From positions 19,406,001 to 19,470,000 of the forward strand of contig OY740801.1 of assembly GCA_963514005.1 (NCBI GenBank): DNA of 64,000 nt, in the 5' to 3' direction. A program made the translations under genes and the position numbers. This document shows positions 33,936 through 47,439 of the stretch, in pieces. Positions within the stretch are counted from its first letter, which is position 1. Each line of letters opens with the position of its first letter. The stretch is from Raja brachyura. Lineage: Eukaryota. The notes beneath the pieces are model-generated. The model was not told where the DNA came from and ran no database searches. It saw only the letters and a list, made by a program, of their open reading frames with translations.

Positions 33936-34329
33936 TGGTATATGGAATGTTGGAAGGGTGGGTTTGCAGAACTAAATGAAGATGAGCCCTTTAGTGGGAC
34001 TAATGATGGTTTGCAATGAAGTGGTTCCATGCCCCCCTTTACCAGTGTCAAACACTGGCTGACTACAACAGCTGAAGGAGTCCGCCTGCTTCTTTGGAAG
34101 ACGGTGCAAACCCATGTTCCTTGCTGGGGACCACACTACACTCAGGCAGTGGGCCTTGCAGTATTATGAATTGCAGTATTAGGAAGTCCAAAACCAAATG
34201 CATTCTGCTAGTGAGGACAAGTTAACTCAAGGGCAGTATTGCTCACATTTCTAAGACCCCAAGCACCCATTAGGAGAATGATCTCCTTATTTCTTGGTAG
34301 GATTCACATTCAACCTGGCACACTGAATT

Positions 34330-34850
34330 CTATCTGTCTAAGCCATAATCAGCTCCCTTCTGCTCTTGCACTTCCAGCCTCCCCTCAACTGTACCTGAGC
34401 AGTTGCAAAAACTTCCAATAGTGGTGAGTTCCATTTTCCATCTTTGGGTGAAAAGGTTTTGTCTGCATTCACCGTTGGTGACAATCTTATATTGATGGCC
34501 TCTAGTTGTTCTCGTTCCCACAGGGGGGAACAATCTCATCCTATCCATTCCATCACAACATTTCGCGCATTAAAACCCTTCGAAAGATCACCTCAAGAGA
34601 AAAGTGACGGCGTGTTGATCATCTCCTGCTGTTGTACCCTCACATCTCAGATAACATCCCTGTGAATCACCTCTGCAGTGTTTCTATTTCTTTTGTGCAT
34701 GACAACCACATTTGTACACAGTGCCGTGTGTGTGGTCTAAACAAGGTACAATTTAGCTTTAGCACAACTTACCGACTTTTCAATTCCATTCCTTTCAAAC
34801 TAAACCCCTGTGGCTGATCTGCTTTATTAGTGTTCTCGCTGGCGTTCTTG
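34330..34850 (-). mobile_element. Old CR1 ORF2 C-terminal fragment
   Basis: DRMRLFPPVGTRTTRGHQYKI..NLFTQRW. Confidence 0.7.
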
Positions 34851-34949
34851 CTGGCGTGCTAGAACCTTTATTGGTTGCTGTGTTTAGCAGACCCTCTGTG
34901 TCTGTTCTGTGTGACATTGATTGCAAGGCACCAATTCTCCCAATCAGCT

Positions 34950-35430
34950 GACATCACCCACAGCTCAAACACACACACCGCCACCCACAAACCCATCCGT
35001 AAAAGACCTACATCATCATCCACAGACTCAATTGTAACCCTACCCTCAGCCACAGCGTCACTCCCAGGCACACCCCCGTCCACAATACCCAACTGTAACT
35101 GCACCCCACCCACATTACGCACAACCCAAACGTCATCCCAGCCCGCCAACACCCCAACCGCACCCCACCCACCACTTCCCCACACCCCCAACCACCGTTC
35201 ACCCACTGACCACCCATATGTCATCTATACCTCCACCCACCATATCAACCATGCCCCACACACAACTCCACTCACACCAACAGTCACGGCCCACAAACCA
35301 CCCACAACTGCTCCAACTAAACATCCCACCAATAAACCCACAACCCATAGCCCACCTACAACTCTGTCCATGACTCCATCCACCATTGCTGCCAAACATC
35401 ACCCATAACGTGTCCCATTCACAAACATAG
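34950..35430. repeat. C/A-rich low-complexity tract
   Basis: Degenerate CCCA/ACCC repeats. Confidence 0.75.
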
Positions 35431-36231
35431 CTGGGAACCATTGAAAAGCTTGAGTAGGCTTTATGTACCTTATGTTTTTATACCAGTGCAAGAAGCAGAA
35501 AAAAAGAACTATTTTTCGATTGGAACTGTCGGGTGAGAATAGTTCAGTGCTGCTCTGCTTCAGCGGTCCTGGATTCAAGAACCAATCCAGAGGTGGTGAG
35601 CATTTCATTAAGGCCGCAAAGACAACTGAAAGCAGAACCGTTGAGATCTCTCTGTTGTCCTGCATAATATTTATCCTTCTCCCCATTTCACTAAAAATAC
35701 TTAATCATTAGCACATCATTGTGCTTGATTTCCTGTATCACTACAATGTTGACAAAAGTAAACAGCTGTTCAATGAGGTGGTGGAAGACTGGAATTTAAC
35801 AAATCTTCCGTTCTGTGCACAACTAATGTTGCAGATCATTGAAGGATTGTAATGAAATTCCTTGTCTGAAGTACCTCCTTCTCAAGTTTCTCTGTGTCTT
35901 TGATGTGGTTAAAATCTTTCACTGGGTGCAATGCTGTGGTGTGTCAACCCATTCATTGCTAATTCTGATAGATTGAACAGTACACTTTAAAATTTAGCTC
36001 CTTCTTAAAACAGAAACTCGTGTGCTCAGTAAATGGACTGTGTGACATTGGATGCAAAATATTGATTCATGTTCCACAGTTAAAGGGAAGTGAAGTGTGT
36101 GACATTTTGAGCAATAAAGATCCATAGAGACTGGTTATTTCCACAAAGATACCATGACTTAAAGAGTGCAACTTGGCGCAAGGTGGTATGGTGCATTAAC
36201 CAGATAGATCTGATCATCTGATTATTATGTC

Positions 36232-36322
36232 CAAAGGAGGGTCTCGATCCGAAACGTCGCCCATTCCTTCTCTCCATAGACGCTGCCTCGCCCGCTGAGT
36301 TACTCCAACATTTTGTGTCCAG
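36232..36322 (+). mobile_element. Penelope pLTR fragment
   Basis: AGGGTCTCGATCCGAAACGTCGCCCATTCC..CTGAGTTACTCCAACATTTTGTGTC; the hammerhead CUGA is missing. Confidence 0.85.
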
Positions 36323-36332
36323 CTCTGATCAT

Positions 36333-36630
36333 ACATAGAAACATAGAAAATAGGTGCAGGAGGAGGCCATTTGGCCCTTCGAGCCAGCACCGCCATTCAA
36401 TATGATCATGGCTGATCGTCCGCTATCAATAACCCGTGCCTGCCTTCTCCCCATATCCCTTGACTCCAGTAGCTCCTAGAGCTCTCTCCAACTCTCTCTT
36501 AAATCCATCCAGTGATTTGGCCTCCACTGTGGTAGGGAATTCCATAAATTCACAACTCTCTGGGTAAACAAGTTTTTTCTCAGCTCAGTCTTAAATGACC
36601 TCCCCTTTATTCTAAGACTGTGGTCCCTGG
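36333..36630 (-). mobile_element. Young CR1 3' end
   Basis: ACATAGAAACATAGAAAATAGGTGCAGG; reverse complement of 1420-1758. Confidence 0.92.
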
Positions 36631-36914
36631 TACAGGGTCTGGATCATCTTTCTAACTCAAGCTAATTGCCTTTATTTTATTGCCCAGTTGGCATATCAGA
36701 GTCGCATGGTAAAATAAAATGCTAAAGGGAATCAAAAGGTGAGAAAGAGGTGTTGGTAAATCGGGTTGGTAAATGGCTCATGACTTAGTGGTTGGCATTG
36801 ACGTGATGGGCTGAAGGGCCTGTTTCTGCTTGACTCTAGAAAGAGAAATTTATTTCTGATGGGGGATCTGGATGAAAGAGAACACAGTTTAAGTTGGAAC
36901 CAGGCGATTTAAAC

Positions 36915-37095
36915 ATGAAGATAGACACAAAAAGCTAGTGTAACTCAGCGGGACAGGCAGTATCTCTGGAGAGACGGAATGGGTGACGTTTTGGGTCGAG
37001 ACCCTTCTCCAGAGATGCTGCCTGTCCCGCTGAGTTAATCCAGCTTTTTGTGTCTATCTTCCGTTTAAATCAGCATCCGCAGTTCCTTCCTACAC
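36915..37095 (+). mobile_element. Penelope-derived fold-back insertion
   Basis: An inverted arm (GAAGATAGACAC..GAGACCCTTCT) is joined via TTCTCC microhomology to a sense arm ending GTTCCTTCCTACAC. Confidence 0.88.
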
Positions 37096-37569
37096 AATTA
37101 AAAACTGAAAACAGGAACAATTTTGCCCAAGCAATGGGTGGTGGGAATCATCTGCCCCAACAGATTGTTGATGCCGGATTGGAGAGAGAAGGGCTTCAAT
37201 TGAAGTCTTGAAAACTGTTTCACAAAAATGTCACTCAATTCACCCCCCCCTAGAAGTGGGAAACACAAATCAATATTTTACTTCCAAAGTTGGTTGTTGA
37301 CCACAAGGGCTCCTATTTGCAACTCGGACAGGAGTGTCACTCCCTCAGCCTGGAGGTCATCTGCATGTGACATCTCCATCCTACAGGAGTCCTCACTGCC
37401 AGACACGTCTAGTGGGTGAAGGGATGGATCTTGGGAGAAAAGGGCTGTTGCCTACTTTCTCTGCCCACTCACACCACCGCACTCTCCAACCTCACAGCTG
37501 AAACGGAGAGATGCAAAAGCATTAGCCAAGTGTTTGAAATTACCACAGATCACCAGAACAGAAGCTTAT

Positions 37570-37865
37570 AGTTACAGAGAGGTACAGCACAGAAACAAGC
37601 TCATTGGCCCAACGAGAGTATATGGTGACCTTCAAGCACCCATTTACACTAATTACATTAATTATTTTTTTATTATTCTCCCCAGAGTCCCATCAATTCC
37701 CCCCAGATTTTACCACTCTCCTAGACATTGGGGGGCATGTAATCTGTGAACTCGCACACCTTTGGGATGTGGAAGGAAACTCACGCTGTCTCAGGGAGAG
37801 TGTGCAAACTCCACAAAGTCAGGATTGAACCCGAGTCTCTGGCAATGTGAGGCTGCTGGTTCTGC
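37570..37865 (-). mobile_element. Diverged HE1-like SINE
   Basis: TTTGGGATGTGGAAGGAAAC..GTGCAAACTCCACA..CAGGATTGAACCC. Confidence 0.75.
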
Positions 37866-38039
37866 TAGATGAGAATGGACCACATTAGCTTGTGGGGGGG
37901 GGGGGGGGGGGGGGGCTACAGAATGGACCAAGCAGTTGGCGAACCTTCATCACTGTGAGACATAGAGTGCATAATTTATTTTCTAAACTTCTATCCCTTA
38001 AGGGAATGTGAATTTTGCTGGTAGTGTTCGCACATATGA

Positions 38040-38280
38040 TTCATCCCTAATTGCCCTGTGGAGGCTGTAATTATTTGAATTAGAGGGACTGGGGTCACAT
38101 ACAGGCCAGACCAGGTAAATTCGAAATATCTCCTTCCCTGAACGATGTTAGTGAACCATTGTGTTTTTAACCACATTTCTGGGTCACTGGTTCAGAGACT
38201 AATACAATTCCAGCTTCATTAAATGACGCAAATTTAATTTCTCAGCTGCTGCAGACATGTCCCAGGAGCAGAGGTCCAGA
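38040..38280 (-). mobile_element. Ancient SINE with a MER131-like central domain (tentative)
   Basis: GGTCACATACAGGCCAGACCAGGTAA..CCTTCCCTGAACGATGTTAGTGAACCA resembles a recalled conserved SINE domain; a related 5' piece lies at ~14395-14530. Confidence 0.45.
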
Positions 38281-39789
38281 ATTTATCTGCTGGAGCAGAA
38301 ACATGATGGACTCCCAGTCAGACAGCTGGTTTACATGGGAAACCTGCAAATTAAAGTTCCCCAATGCAAACTAACTGAACCACCCCACCCTCCAAAACTT
38401 AACACCAACATAACACCCAATGATCAGTGGACAGAGGCCAAATAATGCACAGAATCACCTCACACCTGACCGTGTGTCCAGTTGCATTGAATGAAGGAAA
38501 CCCTGCTCCAATTATTGTAATAGCTCACTCTGTAATGACATCTCTATATTTGCCATTAAGAAGCACTTCACTTAAAGTACTCTGCATAAAATACATCTCC
38601 ACTTTGCGGGCTGATCACATTGATTCCATGGAATTTCTATCACATCTCTCCCCTTGTTGAGGTCCCACACTTGTGCAGGAGATAGCATTGACCAGCTCCT
38701 ACCTATGGATGGCTGGGTAGATCTCCAGGGCCCTCGAAACAGGACCTCCCTGCTGGCTTGTATCTTGTTGTCCAGTCTTTGGTTACCCATTAGAGTGACC
38801 ATGGGAGGGGTCTTCCATTCCAACAGAGCCATTACAGTGTGGGGCAAAAAGTTTGGGAGGGGAGGGATATCCCTGGTTTAGTGGTGTGTTTCTGAGCATA
38901 AGCACGCTGACATAATTACAAATTGGAGTTTGGCCAACTTTGCAATTACTTGTAGTGGTCCCAGAAAGGGTGTTTCAGTTTGCATGCCAAAAACTAGAGT
39001 AACCCAGGGCCTCAGCAAAGAAGTCTGTGGAAGGATATGGAAACACTTTGGATGAATTGGCAAAGATTCAGATTTAGATTAGTTTTATTGTCATAAACAT
39101 CAGGGTGCAATGAATTCCCTTGTTCAATTGATACTCATATGGTAAACTGCATACAAAGTAACGATAGGTACAGGAACAAGGTAACAATGAGAAGGACTGA
39201 TGGAGTTAAATGCAGGGAAGTATGAGAAATCCACAAGTACAAACAAGTTTTCTATTTAAATTCTGTAAGACTATTAAAAGTTGGAGTTCGGAAAGATCTG
39301 CGTGTCCTCACATAAGAATCAAAGGTTCCTGGAAATTAGATTCACACTCTAGTCGTGCCAGACCTTGCAGCTCTCTGGATCTCTGGATCTCTGGATGAAT
39401 TCCTGGGACTGGATAAGGAGGAACTGGGAGCAGCTGTGTTACACATTGCACATAAGCTCCTATGGTGAAAAGGTCCCCGCTGTATTTAGGGCAAACACTT
39501 TTTGTCTCCCGACAGCAGCTACAGTAGTGCGGCAGAATAGGCTGCCATTAGGGTGAGGGACGCACATAGTCTGCTGTGTCCCAGGCACTCCCTCAATGCC
39601 ATGGGCAGCCCCACACCTCTGCCAATTGTGGGCCGATTTAGACCAGTGATAGCAGCTTGCAGCTCAGACATGATCTTCACAAGGAGGAGGCGGTGGGTGG
39701 CGAAAGCTCCGCACATCCATGTCCCTCTGGCCGATCCTCAGTGCCGGAGATCTATATCATGCAGCGGATCTTTTAATAATTGTCTCATT

Positions 39790-40055
39790 CAAGTGAGGTT
39801 AAGTATCTTGTTGCATGCAAAAGTACATTGAGGTACAGGTACAATGAAAATCTTTGTACAGGTACAGTAGCTTCACAGGCACATAGATGTAGACAACACA
39901 CAAAAACATCAATTATACATAAATGACACATAAATTCTACAAGGCAGTGAAGAGAAAGGACTGCAACGAACAAAGGCATTAGTGCAAAACACAATTAGAA
40001 ACCAGGTTCATGCTAGTGCAAGAGGTAGTCTATTGCTGAGGCAGGATTAGAGGAT
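39790..40055 (-). mobile_element. Rex1/Babar-like 3' UTR fragment
   Basis: GGTACAATGAAAATCTT..GCTTCACAGGCACAT is the reverse complement of the motif at ~52660-52700. Confidence 0.5.
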
Positions 40056-40157
40056 TAGTCTCATTAGTGCTCCCAGGATTGAAGCTTGGTGGCTGATACT
40101 ATTTAAATGTTGGGATGAGCACTAGAATTAGTTAAAGTGAAACGACGAGAGAACCAA

Positions 40158-40377
40158 GTTTAGTTTAGTTTAAAGATATAGCATAGAAACAGGTCCTTTA
40201 GCCCATGCGTCCAAGCTGACCATCGATCATCCGTAGGAGCGAGGAGACTGGAGTCCGCGGAGGAAACCACGTGATCACACGTGCAAACTCCATGCAGACA
40301 GCACCCAAGGTCACAATCGAACTCGGGTCCCTGGCGTTGTGAGTCAGCACTTTACCAGCTGTGCCACTGTGCCACCC
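40158..40377 (-). mobile_element. HE1-like SINE with an internal deletion
   Basis: (TTTAG)n tail and GCCACTGTGCCACCC head; the middle is missing. Confidence 0.85.
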
Positions 40378-40479
40378 GACAAAGGGGTTAATACAGAGAG
40401 GTGCCCATCGATTGGTGTGAACATTTGGCTGAATTCTGTGCAATTGCATCGTTTCATGATAAGAAGAAAGATTGTGCAA

Positions 40480-41395
40480 AATAGGCCCATGACCTTTGAA
40501 GTTTGAAAAAAATAAGAGATAATCTCATTCTAATTTATCATCTTGTGAGGAAACCTGACAGAGTAGATAGTTGATGAGGTGAGGATGTTTTGCTTGTGGG
40601 GGATTCCAAGAATTGGGGGAGGAGGGGGGTGAGTGGTTCGGGATAAAGGGCCTCCTATCTAAGATGGACATGATGAAAAAATTCTTCTCACAGAGAGTTT
40701 TGAAATTCGGTGTCTCGGATACCTGCGAATGTGAACCGCATTGTATTCAAGGATGAGGTAAATGTGAAAGATGCAGGGAAATCAATGGGAGGAAAGTGGA
40801 GCTGAGGCTAAGTTCAGGTCAGCCATGTCCACATCAAACGGTAGTGCAGGCTCCGGGGACCGCTTGATGTACGCCACCTCCGACTTTATTTAAAAAAACT
40901 CTGGATAGAGTCTGCGTGGAGCACTACCTTCAATTGTGTCTTTGAGGGAGTTCATTGCAGGTTCACCAGAAGGACTAAAGTGCAAAGACAGGTAGATAGA
41001 TTTGTCATGTTTGCTTGAATGTGGAGGGTTTCAGGCTGATGCAATTTGGGTGTTCCAAATGGTGAAATGATGTGACAGGGACGGAAACAGAGAGCAGCTC
41101 TTATCCCTGGAGATGCAAACTAGTGCAAAGGAGGCATAACCTTAAAGCCAGCGTCAGACACCACACTGTGATATCAGGAAACGTCCTTTCACAAGAAAGG
41201 AATGAATACCTCCGACCTATGCTTCTTACAAAAACCTTGAGGCTGATGGAAAAATTGAAACTGAGATTGCTGGATTTTTGATAGGCAAGCATATGACGAA
41301 TTACAGAGGCAAGGTAGCTGGATGGAAATGTAAAAAAAACAACAATTGGTTTGGGTGTCTGAGTACTGGTCGGGCTGAATGGCCTGCTCCTATAA
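40480..41395 (+). mobile_element. Two adjacent old CR1 3' fragments (~40480-40880 and ~40940-41395)
   Basis: TTCTTCTCACAGAGAGTT..CAGCCATG, and GGGCTGAATGGCCTGCTCCT. Confidence 0.6.
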
Positions 41396-42445
41396 CCAGG
41401 TCCCAGTTCTGTGCACGTGAATTATTAGCTCAGAAGATTACTGGAGTATTATTGCTGGTTAAGAGAAAGGGAGTTCTCCCTCTTGCTTTAAAATGGGCAC
41501 AACGGCTTGAATGTATCCTTCATTGTAAAATTAGGTGTCAGGTCAGCTTCAAATTGTACATTCTTCAAAAAAAAAGTGTTCCAGGGAAATAGTGGAGCCC
41601 ACTGTCCATGTTGTTGAATAACTTGGCATTTTCTGCTTGGGGCGGCCTTATAGTTCAAAAGTACATGATTATGAAAAAGCTACACAGGTTGCCCAGGCTG
41701 GTGATATGAATCAAACACCAGCTGGCTAGCTGCATTGTATTTGTGATTTATGACCTCCCCACTCAGCACTGAAATGGCCATTAGTAATATTCCGATACCA
41801 GGGATGATGCATACTGCTGCAATCTTGTTTTCAATGCCTGGGAGATCTTTCCCATCTCTTTTCTGACCTCCATGGTCACCTCGTTCCCTCCACACTGCTA
41901 ATAACAGGGTTCCAATACCTCTTCCTCAACCGAGAACATTGGAAAGGAATGCCCAGGGGTGAGTTACAGGAGAGAATCGCAATGAAGGCTTTATCAAGGT
42001 AAAGTATTCAATTTGACCCAACTGGTTACTTGTTTGAAAAAGAGTGGAAGTGAGAGCGACAGCCAAAGAAAATAATTCAATTGCACTAAGGAAGGAAAGA
42101 CAGAAATTCCATTTGTTTTTAAAACTCCCTTCCCCCTTTTGTCAGTGATGTCCTGGATGAGGGAATGGGGCGGGAAATCTGAGAACAGTTACTGAGTTAC
42201 AGAGAAGAGCTTGCCACAGTTTGATCCCTTGAATTGCAGTCTAATTTTTTTTTTGGAAAAACGGGTGATTAAATAAGACAAGGCTATTAATTGCCTTGAG
42301 CCTACTTAACCATTTAATGGCCAATCTGTACATCAGTTCTACATCCCAGCCAAGCCATCCCACCCAATAAGCATCTATTAGTGTCAGTCTTCAGAGTAAC
42401 AGTTAATAGCCGCCATTCACTGCCATTTGTGTAGTGAGCTCCAAC

Positions 42446-42748
42446 AGATGGTAGAGCTGCTGCCTCACAACGCCAGAGACCCTGGTTCAATCCTGACCTT
42501 TGGAGTTATCTGTGTGCCGTTTGATGCTCTCCATGTGTCCAGGTCGATTTCTTCCAGGTGCTCTAGTTTCCTCCCACATCCCAAAGACGTGCAGGTTTAT
42601 AGATTAATTGGCCCCTGTAAATTGTCCCAAGGAGTGGATGCAAGAGTGGGATAGCATAGAACGAGTATGAATGTTGAACACTTGGTTGGTGTGGCTTTGC
42701 GGGTGAAAGACCTGTTCCAAGCTGTATTTTTCAATCAATTCAATCAAT
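42446..42748 (+). mobile_element. HE1-like SINE
   Basis: GGTAGAGCTGCTGCCTCAC..GGTTCAATCCTGACC..CCCACATCCCAAAGACGTGC, with (TCAA)n tail. Confidence 0.85.
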
Positions 42749-44899
42749 CTGCTCCCCTTCACATGAAAGATGCCAAAAATGTCTCTGAACCCGTCAGGAA
42801 ATAATCCACACATTTCGAGCATATCTCTCAGCAAGGAATCAGTTGATTCACAACTCTGTGGCGGAAGTGCAAGGTGGGGAGGTGGATTTTTATCAAACGG
42901 AATTTTCATTTGAATGAAAAGAAGAAAAGAGTTCATGAAATAATTCATATATGAAGCCAAAGCAAGAGTCAGGAGCAGTAAATGAATTACTGAGACTTTA
43001 GTAGAGAAAACCTGTCTCTTGGGGTTAAAAACTGGAGAAATATATTTTAATAAAGGATGGACATGTGTAAACATAACCTCAGGAAAAGTAACACTGTTTA
43101 TGCAATTTGTGCTGGGTCTGGTCATGAGGAGAAGGGGATACTCTCAAATGAGGTGAGCCTATTGAATGCTATTTCCTGACCTGATGCTGAGCATTATTGT
43201 GTCGCTTGCTTGTATCCTGAAACATTTGCTTGCTGGAAGACCACTACATTTTGGGAAGAGTAAGCTACATCCTGAACCAACTTGACGATACTCCAGCGGC
43301 ACGTAGTGTGTAAGCCGTAGATCACAGAATCCTGTATTACAATGCTGCTCGGAACAAACCTTGGTTAAGATCACAGCATCTTGTCCAAACAGTCTTGGCC
43401 AACAAGCAGACCACAAGGAGTCAGATAACCTGCTCATCCGCTATGCAGACACCTTGAGGCAGGTGCCAAGGGGTTAAGACCTTGCCGGTGCTGACAGGGA
43501 TGCCCCTTCTCACATCTAGCCATGCGAGATCCTGGTGCTTGTTTGAGACTTCTGGCAATGAGGCATTCTCCCAATTCACTTTGACAGTCCACTCAGGGGA
43601 CCATCATACAGAATCCACTGCTGAGGTTCTGTAGGGCCCTGCCTCTGCTTGGCACTGAGGTGTAGCGCTGTGTGTTTCACTGCAGAGATGTAATGCTGGG
43701 CATGACACACGGTGACACATGAAATGAATTGTTTGGTACAAGGACTATGGACAATCAGAGAGATGCCCACTTGCAGTTACACCAGGGGTTATGAGATAGA
43801 GACTTTCAGACATAATATCAAAGTTATTTTCTTCCGCAGGATATTCAATAATAAAGATCTTCCTAATAGCTATAAATTTAGATTCATTACTGCAAGCTGA
43901 AAATACGAAAGGTTGCACATTATTTAATGGAATACCTTTACACAATTGTCAATAGAAGCAATAGCTAGTCAATTTCCAGGGCCACCCCTGGTGAAACTGT
44001 GTTTTTAGGAGACAATTGCATCTGATTACTGTTGGAGGTTACCTGAAAACTTTTCTTTTTCCAGCGCTGTGTTTTTTTGCAAGACAGCTTTTCTCATTCT
44101 TGTCAATTTCCCAAGTCACTCTTAAGTAGTTCTCTATTTCTCGATCAAGATCACGTTACAACCACTTTGGTCTGCATAATGTGTTCCCTAATTCGTCGAT
44201 CATGTTATATCTAATTCACGGTATGAAAACGTACATTATAGCAGAACTACATGTACTGGAAAAAAACAATAAATTCTTCAGCAGGCCATGGAGCCATTCT
44301 GGAGTCATGTTAGATAAGGTGAATGCGACAGGTCACATCAGGCAAACAATGACTAAAGGATGAATCTGCTCTGACAACTTATCTGAATATCGTTGGTATA
44401 ATAGTATTAGCTGCTGTAGGGGGTGGGATGACGAAGCTAGGTGGTCAGCAAGAAATCAGGGGAGTCTCAACGAATTAGTGGCGTGAGTGTATAATCAGTG
44501 GTGGGGGAAATTGGATAGCAGTAATTGAGCAAGGTAACAGACCAGATGGTCCCTATATCTCAATGACAAAGACATTTTCCTAGAGGATACCAGGATACAT
44601 GCTCCTTGCACTTGTTAATGGAGGTCATTACAGAGGTAATGTGAGAGGGCTTCATGCGGATAGCTTACAGTAACGGAATGGAGTAGGGGTTGTCTTCCCA
44701 TTGCAGGGTCACCCTGGAACAGTGAACAGTAGTGGACGAGGTAAGGTCCAATAGAATCAGATACACCTGCAATTGCTGGTGAATCGGCAATTCAATCTTT
44801 TGGTCAACAACTTGACAACCTAAGGAAGCAGAATGAGTGGTGTGCCACTGTGGGTGGTCAGGGTTGGAAAGTGCAGTGGTTTATAGTGGGGGATTAGGA

Positions 44900-45400
44900 C
44901 TTCAGAGGTGCAGGCAAGAGCTTGGTTAGGAGATCAGTGGCTGTGGAAGTGTGGTGATAAGTGGGGCACCAGCGACTGGCCAACTGAGATTTCAGAATGG
45001 CTGCAGTAATTTAATCTTCTTTGGGCAGAGTACACAGAGCTGGGACGGGAGAACAATGGGGCATAGAACAATGCAAGCATGTGACAGGGATGGCTTCATC
45101 CATGACATTGAAAGTAGCTAGGTAACATGAGAGCTCAACGTCAAAGGGAACACAGGCTGACAAGTTTACAGGGAGGGAGAGATTGAAGGCAAGTGGTGAA
45201 CACGGAGAAGGAGTAGCGAGTGAATTGAACTGGAGGTTGAAATTACCAGAGATGTGAAGTAGCTTAATCGAAAGGCTGAGGGTGGAAAGCAGTGAAGATA
45301 GCTTAATAAGAAAATTATTATTGTACTTGGGTGGGCGGAAGGAAGCGACAATTTTAAATGAGAGGAAAGAAGAATGGAATTGGGTGAGTTGCTGAAAGGA
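44900..45400 (-). mobile_element. Ancient L2-type AP-endonuclease remnant
   Basis: The minus strand gives KIVASFRP (YRPP-like, ~45330-45355) and, downstream, LHISGNFNL (GDFN-like, ~45235-45260), in the expected order. Confidence 0.45.
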
Positions 45401-46139
45401 GGAGAAAGTGCCAGAAGAGTAGGAGGACAGACAGAGGCTGATTTTCTAAGTCGAGCTTCACTCCTACAGCAACGGTCTGGGAGAGGCCAAGGGGGGGGGA
45501 TGCATCTCTTTAGGGGTTGGAGTCATCACCGTGATCCACAGTACCAGTGTCTCATCCACAATAATCACATTGGCTGGGAACCGTTCTCTCAGTGGGAGGG
45601 ATGTCGTAAAGGGATGGTGATAGCTGACCCACAGGCAGGGTCCACTCAGGTGGGGGCGGGCAAAGAGAATTGGGCAAGAAGGAGATTGACGAGTTCACCT
45701 GAAATGACTGCTGTTATCTCAACACCTCCCACAGAGGAGGTTCAAGACCTTTCCTCTGAGCAAGAGGAACATATTCTGTGTGCCGACCCACTCTGCTTCG
45801 CTTCTTGCTGCTGTTGCAGCTCTGACTGTCTGTTGCAGCAGAAGGCAAGGAAGTGAGACAAATGCATTTGGTTCTGTATAAACATCGCCTCATCACCACG
45901 TAAGCACTTCAGCTTTTATTCCAACATAGTTGATGCAAATGATACACCATATTTTGCATTCATACTGTCGTGCTGTCCCTGAGCATAGGGGCAGCATTAA
46001 ACACGAGTCAGACAGCAAGCTGAAGGAGGAGGCAAAGTGTTGGTGTCAGAGGAAGGTCTGAAAGGACGACCACAGGCAGCTGAGTGGGTCGGAGAGGTTC
46101 AGAGAGGGGATTCCAGAATACAGGAGCAGAAGGCACGGT

Positions 46140-46460
46140 CACTAACACTCATAAACACACACATAGGAACATGCACAGATGCACACCAACACATGTACGT
46201 ATGCAAACACATGCGTGCAGATACACTCCAAAACGATGTGCACAAACACCACACTAGCACACACACACACACACACACATGTACAAAGGTACAGATGCAG
46301 GCACATAGACACATGCAGGCAGGTACAGACATGCTTATCCACACAAAGACAGACCGACACATTTTTAGACACATGTACTAACACACAAATAACACACGCA
46401 AACTGACGATGCAGGCACACATCGGCACAGGCACAGAAGCAGTCACACTCACAGATACCA
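46140..46460. repeat. Degenerate (CA)n tract
   Basis: CA-rich run with a pure (CA)n core near 46258-46279. Confidence 0.85.
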
Positions 46461-47439
46461 CCATTATCAAGCGATACTGATCTAAATGCCTGTCATTTCT
46501 GCAGAGAAGCTTTACAATTCAGTCAATTAGCTGGAAAAACCATGTCGCTCAGTTTAAAAGCCTTGAAGGGAAGCTTTCCAATTTAATGAGGTGCAGCTGG
46601 TACAGATATCAATACTTTGAATCCGAAGTTTAGCTGTAAGCCATGATTTGAAAGCCACATATGATAAGATACAGAATGCATAGGGGAGGGAGGGATCCAG
46701 CAAGCCCCAGGACTGCAGCACTGTTTCCCAGTGATAGTGTCCTGTGCTGTCAGGCTCCAGGGGGGTGAGCAGCCTGACAACCGTAAAACATTTTTTTTTA
46801 CCCAAAGCAAACTGCCCCTCACAGCTCCATCGCCCCTCCTGCACTAAGCTGGTAAAGAGAAAGCAAAGCTATAGATCACAAGTGAGACCTCGCGGCGAGT
46901 CTACTTTTGCACACATTTGCGAGCAACTTAAGACCTTGAAGATGATGCACTGAATAGTGATGCCTGCTCCATTCCTGTGGAAAGACTGGGACTTTGGGAG
47001 GTTAACTTACTCTATGATAATTAAGAGAGTTACAAGATTATTGAGGAGACTATTTGTTACATAGGTGCAAAAATATAAGAGGACCTGGAGACAACCAGAA
47101 AGTCAGGTAGCATCTGTGGAGGGAAATGGACAGTCACATTGAGGCCCTTCATCTAGATCTTCATAAAGGGCCCCGACTCGAAATGTTTTGTTGCTCTCCG
47201 TTATGTATCTACCGGTTTTAGCGTCCACAGTCTCCCGGGTCTCTGTTTTCACACAGGAGGTTGCTCTAATCTAAATTTTCAGAAGGGCAGCGGAAGCAGA
47301 TGCATAAGTAATGTTAGTTAATAAATACCTGAAAAGAAAATGGTCGGCTTGTTTGGTAAATTAGATAGCATGGAATCCAGAATGAGCTAGATGGACAGGG
47401 GAGGACATTTTTCTGCAATAAGAGAATTCATGTCTGAGG

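Noticed and set aside
34875-35408. 177-aa Thr/Pro/His-rich mucin-like ORF
   Set aside because: It arises from C/A-rich low-complexity DNA that lacks stops by composition; no supporting splice or start context.
35715-35750. TTGTGCTTGAT similarity to miR-218 in a weak hairpin
   Set aside because: The match ends after 11 nt and the hairpin is too short.
42604-43125. 173-aa minus-strand ORF
   Set aside because: It overlaps a SINE, has no recognisable domain and is likely a chance ORF.
46037-46420. Stacked ORFs in several frames (also 48122-49017 and 52731-53383)
   Set aside because: They are artefacts of CA/TG- and C-rich simple sequence.
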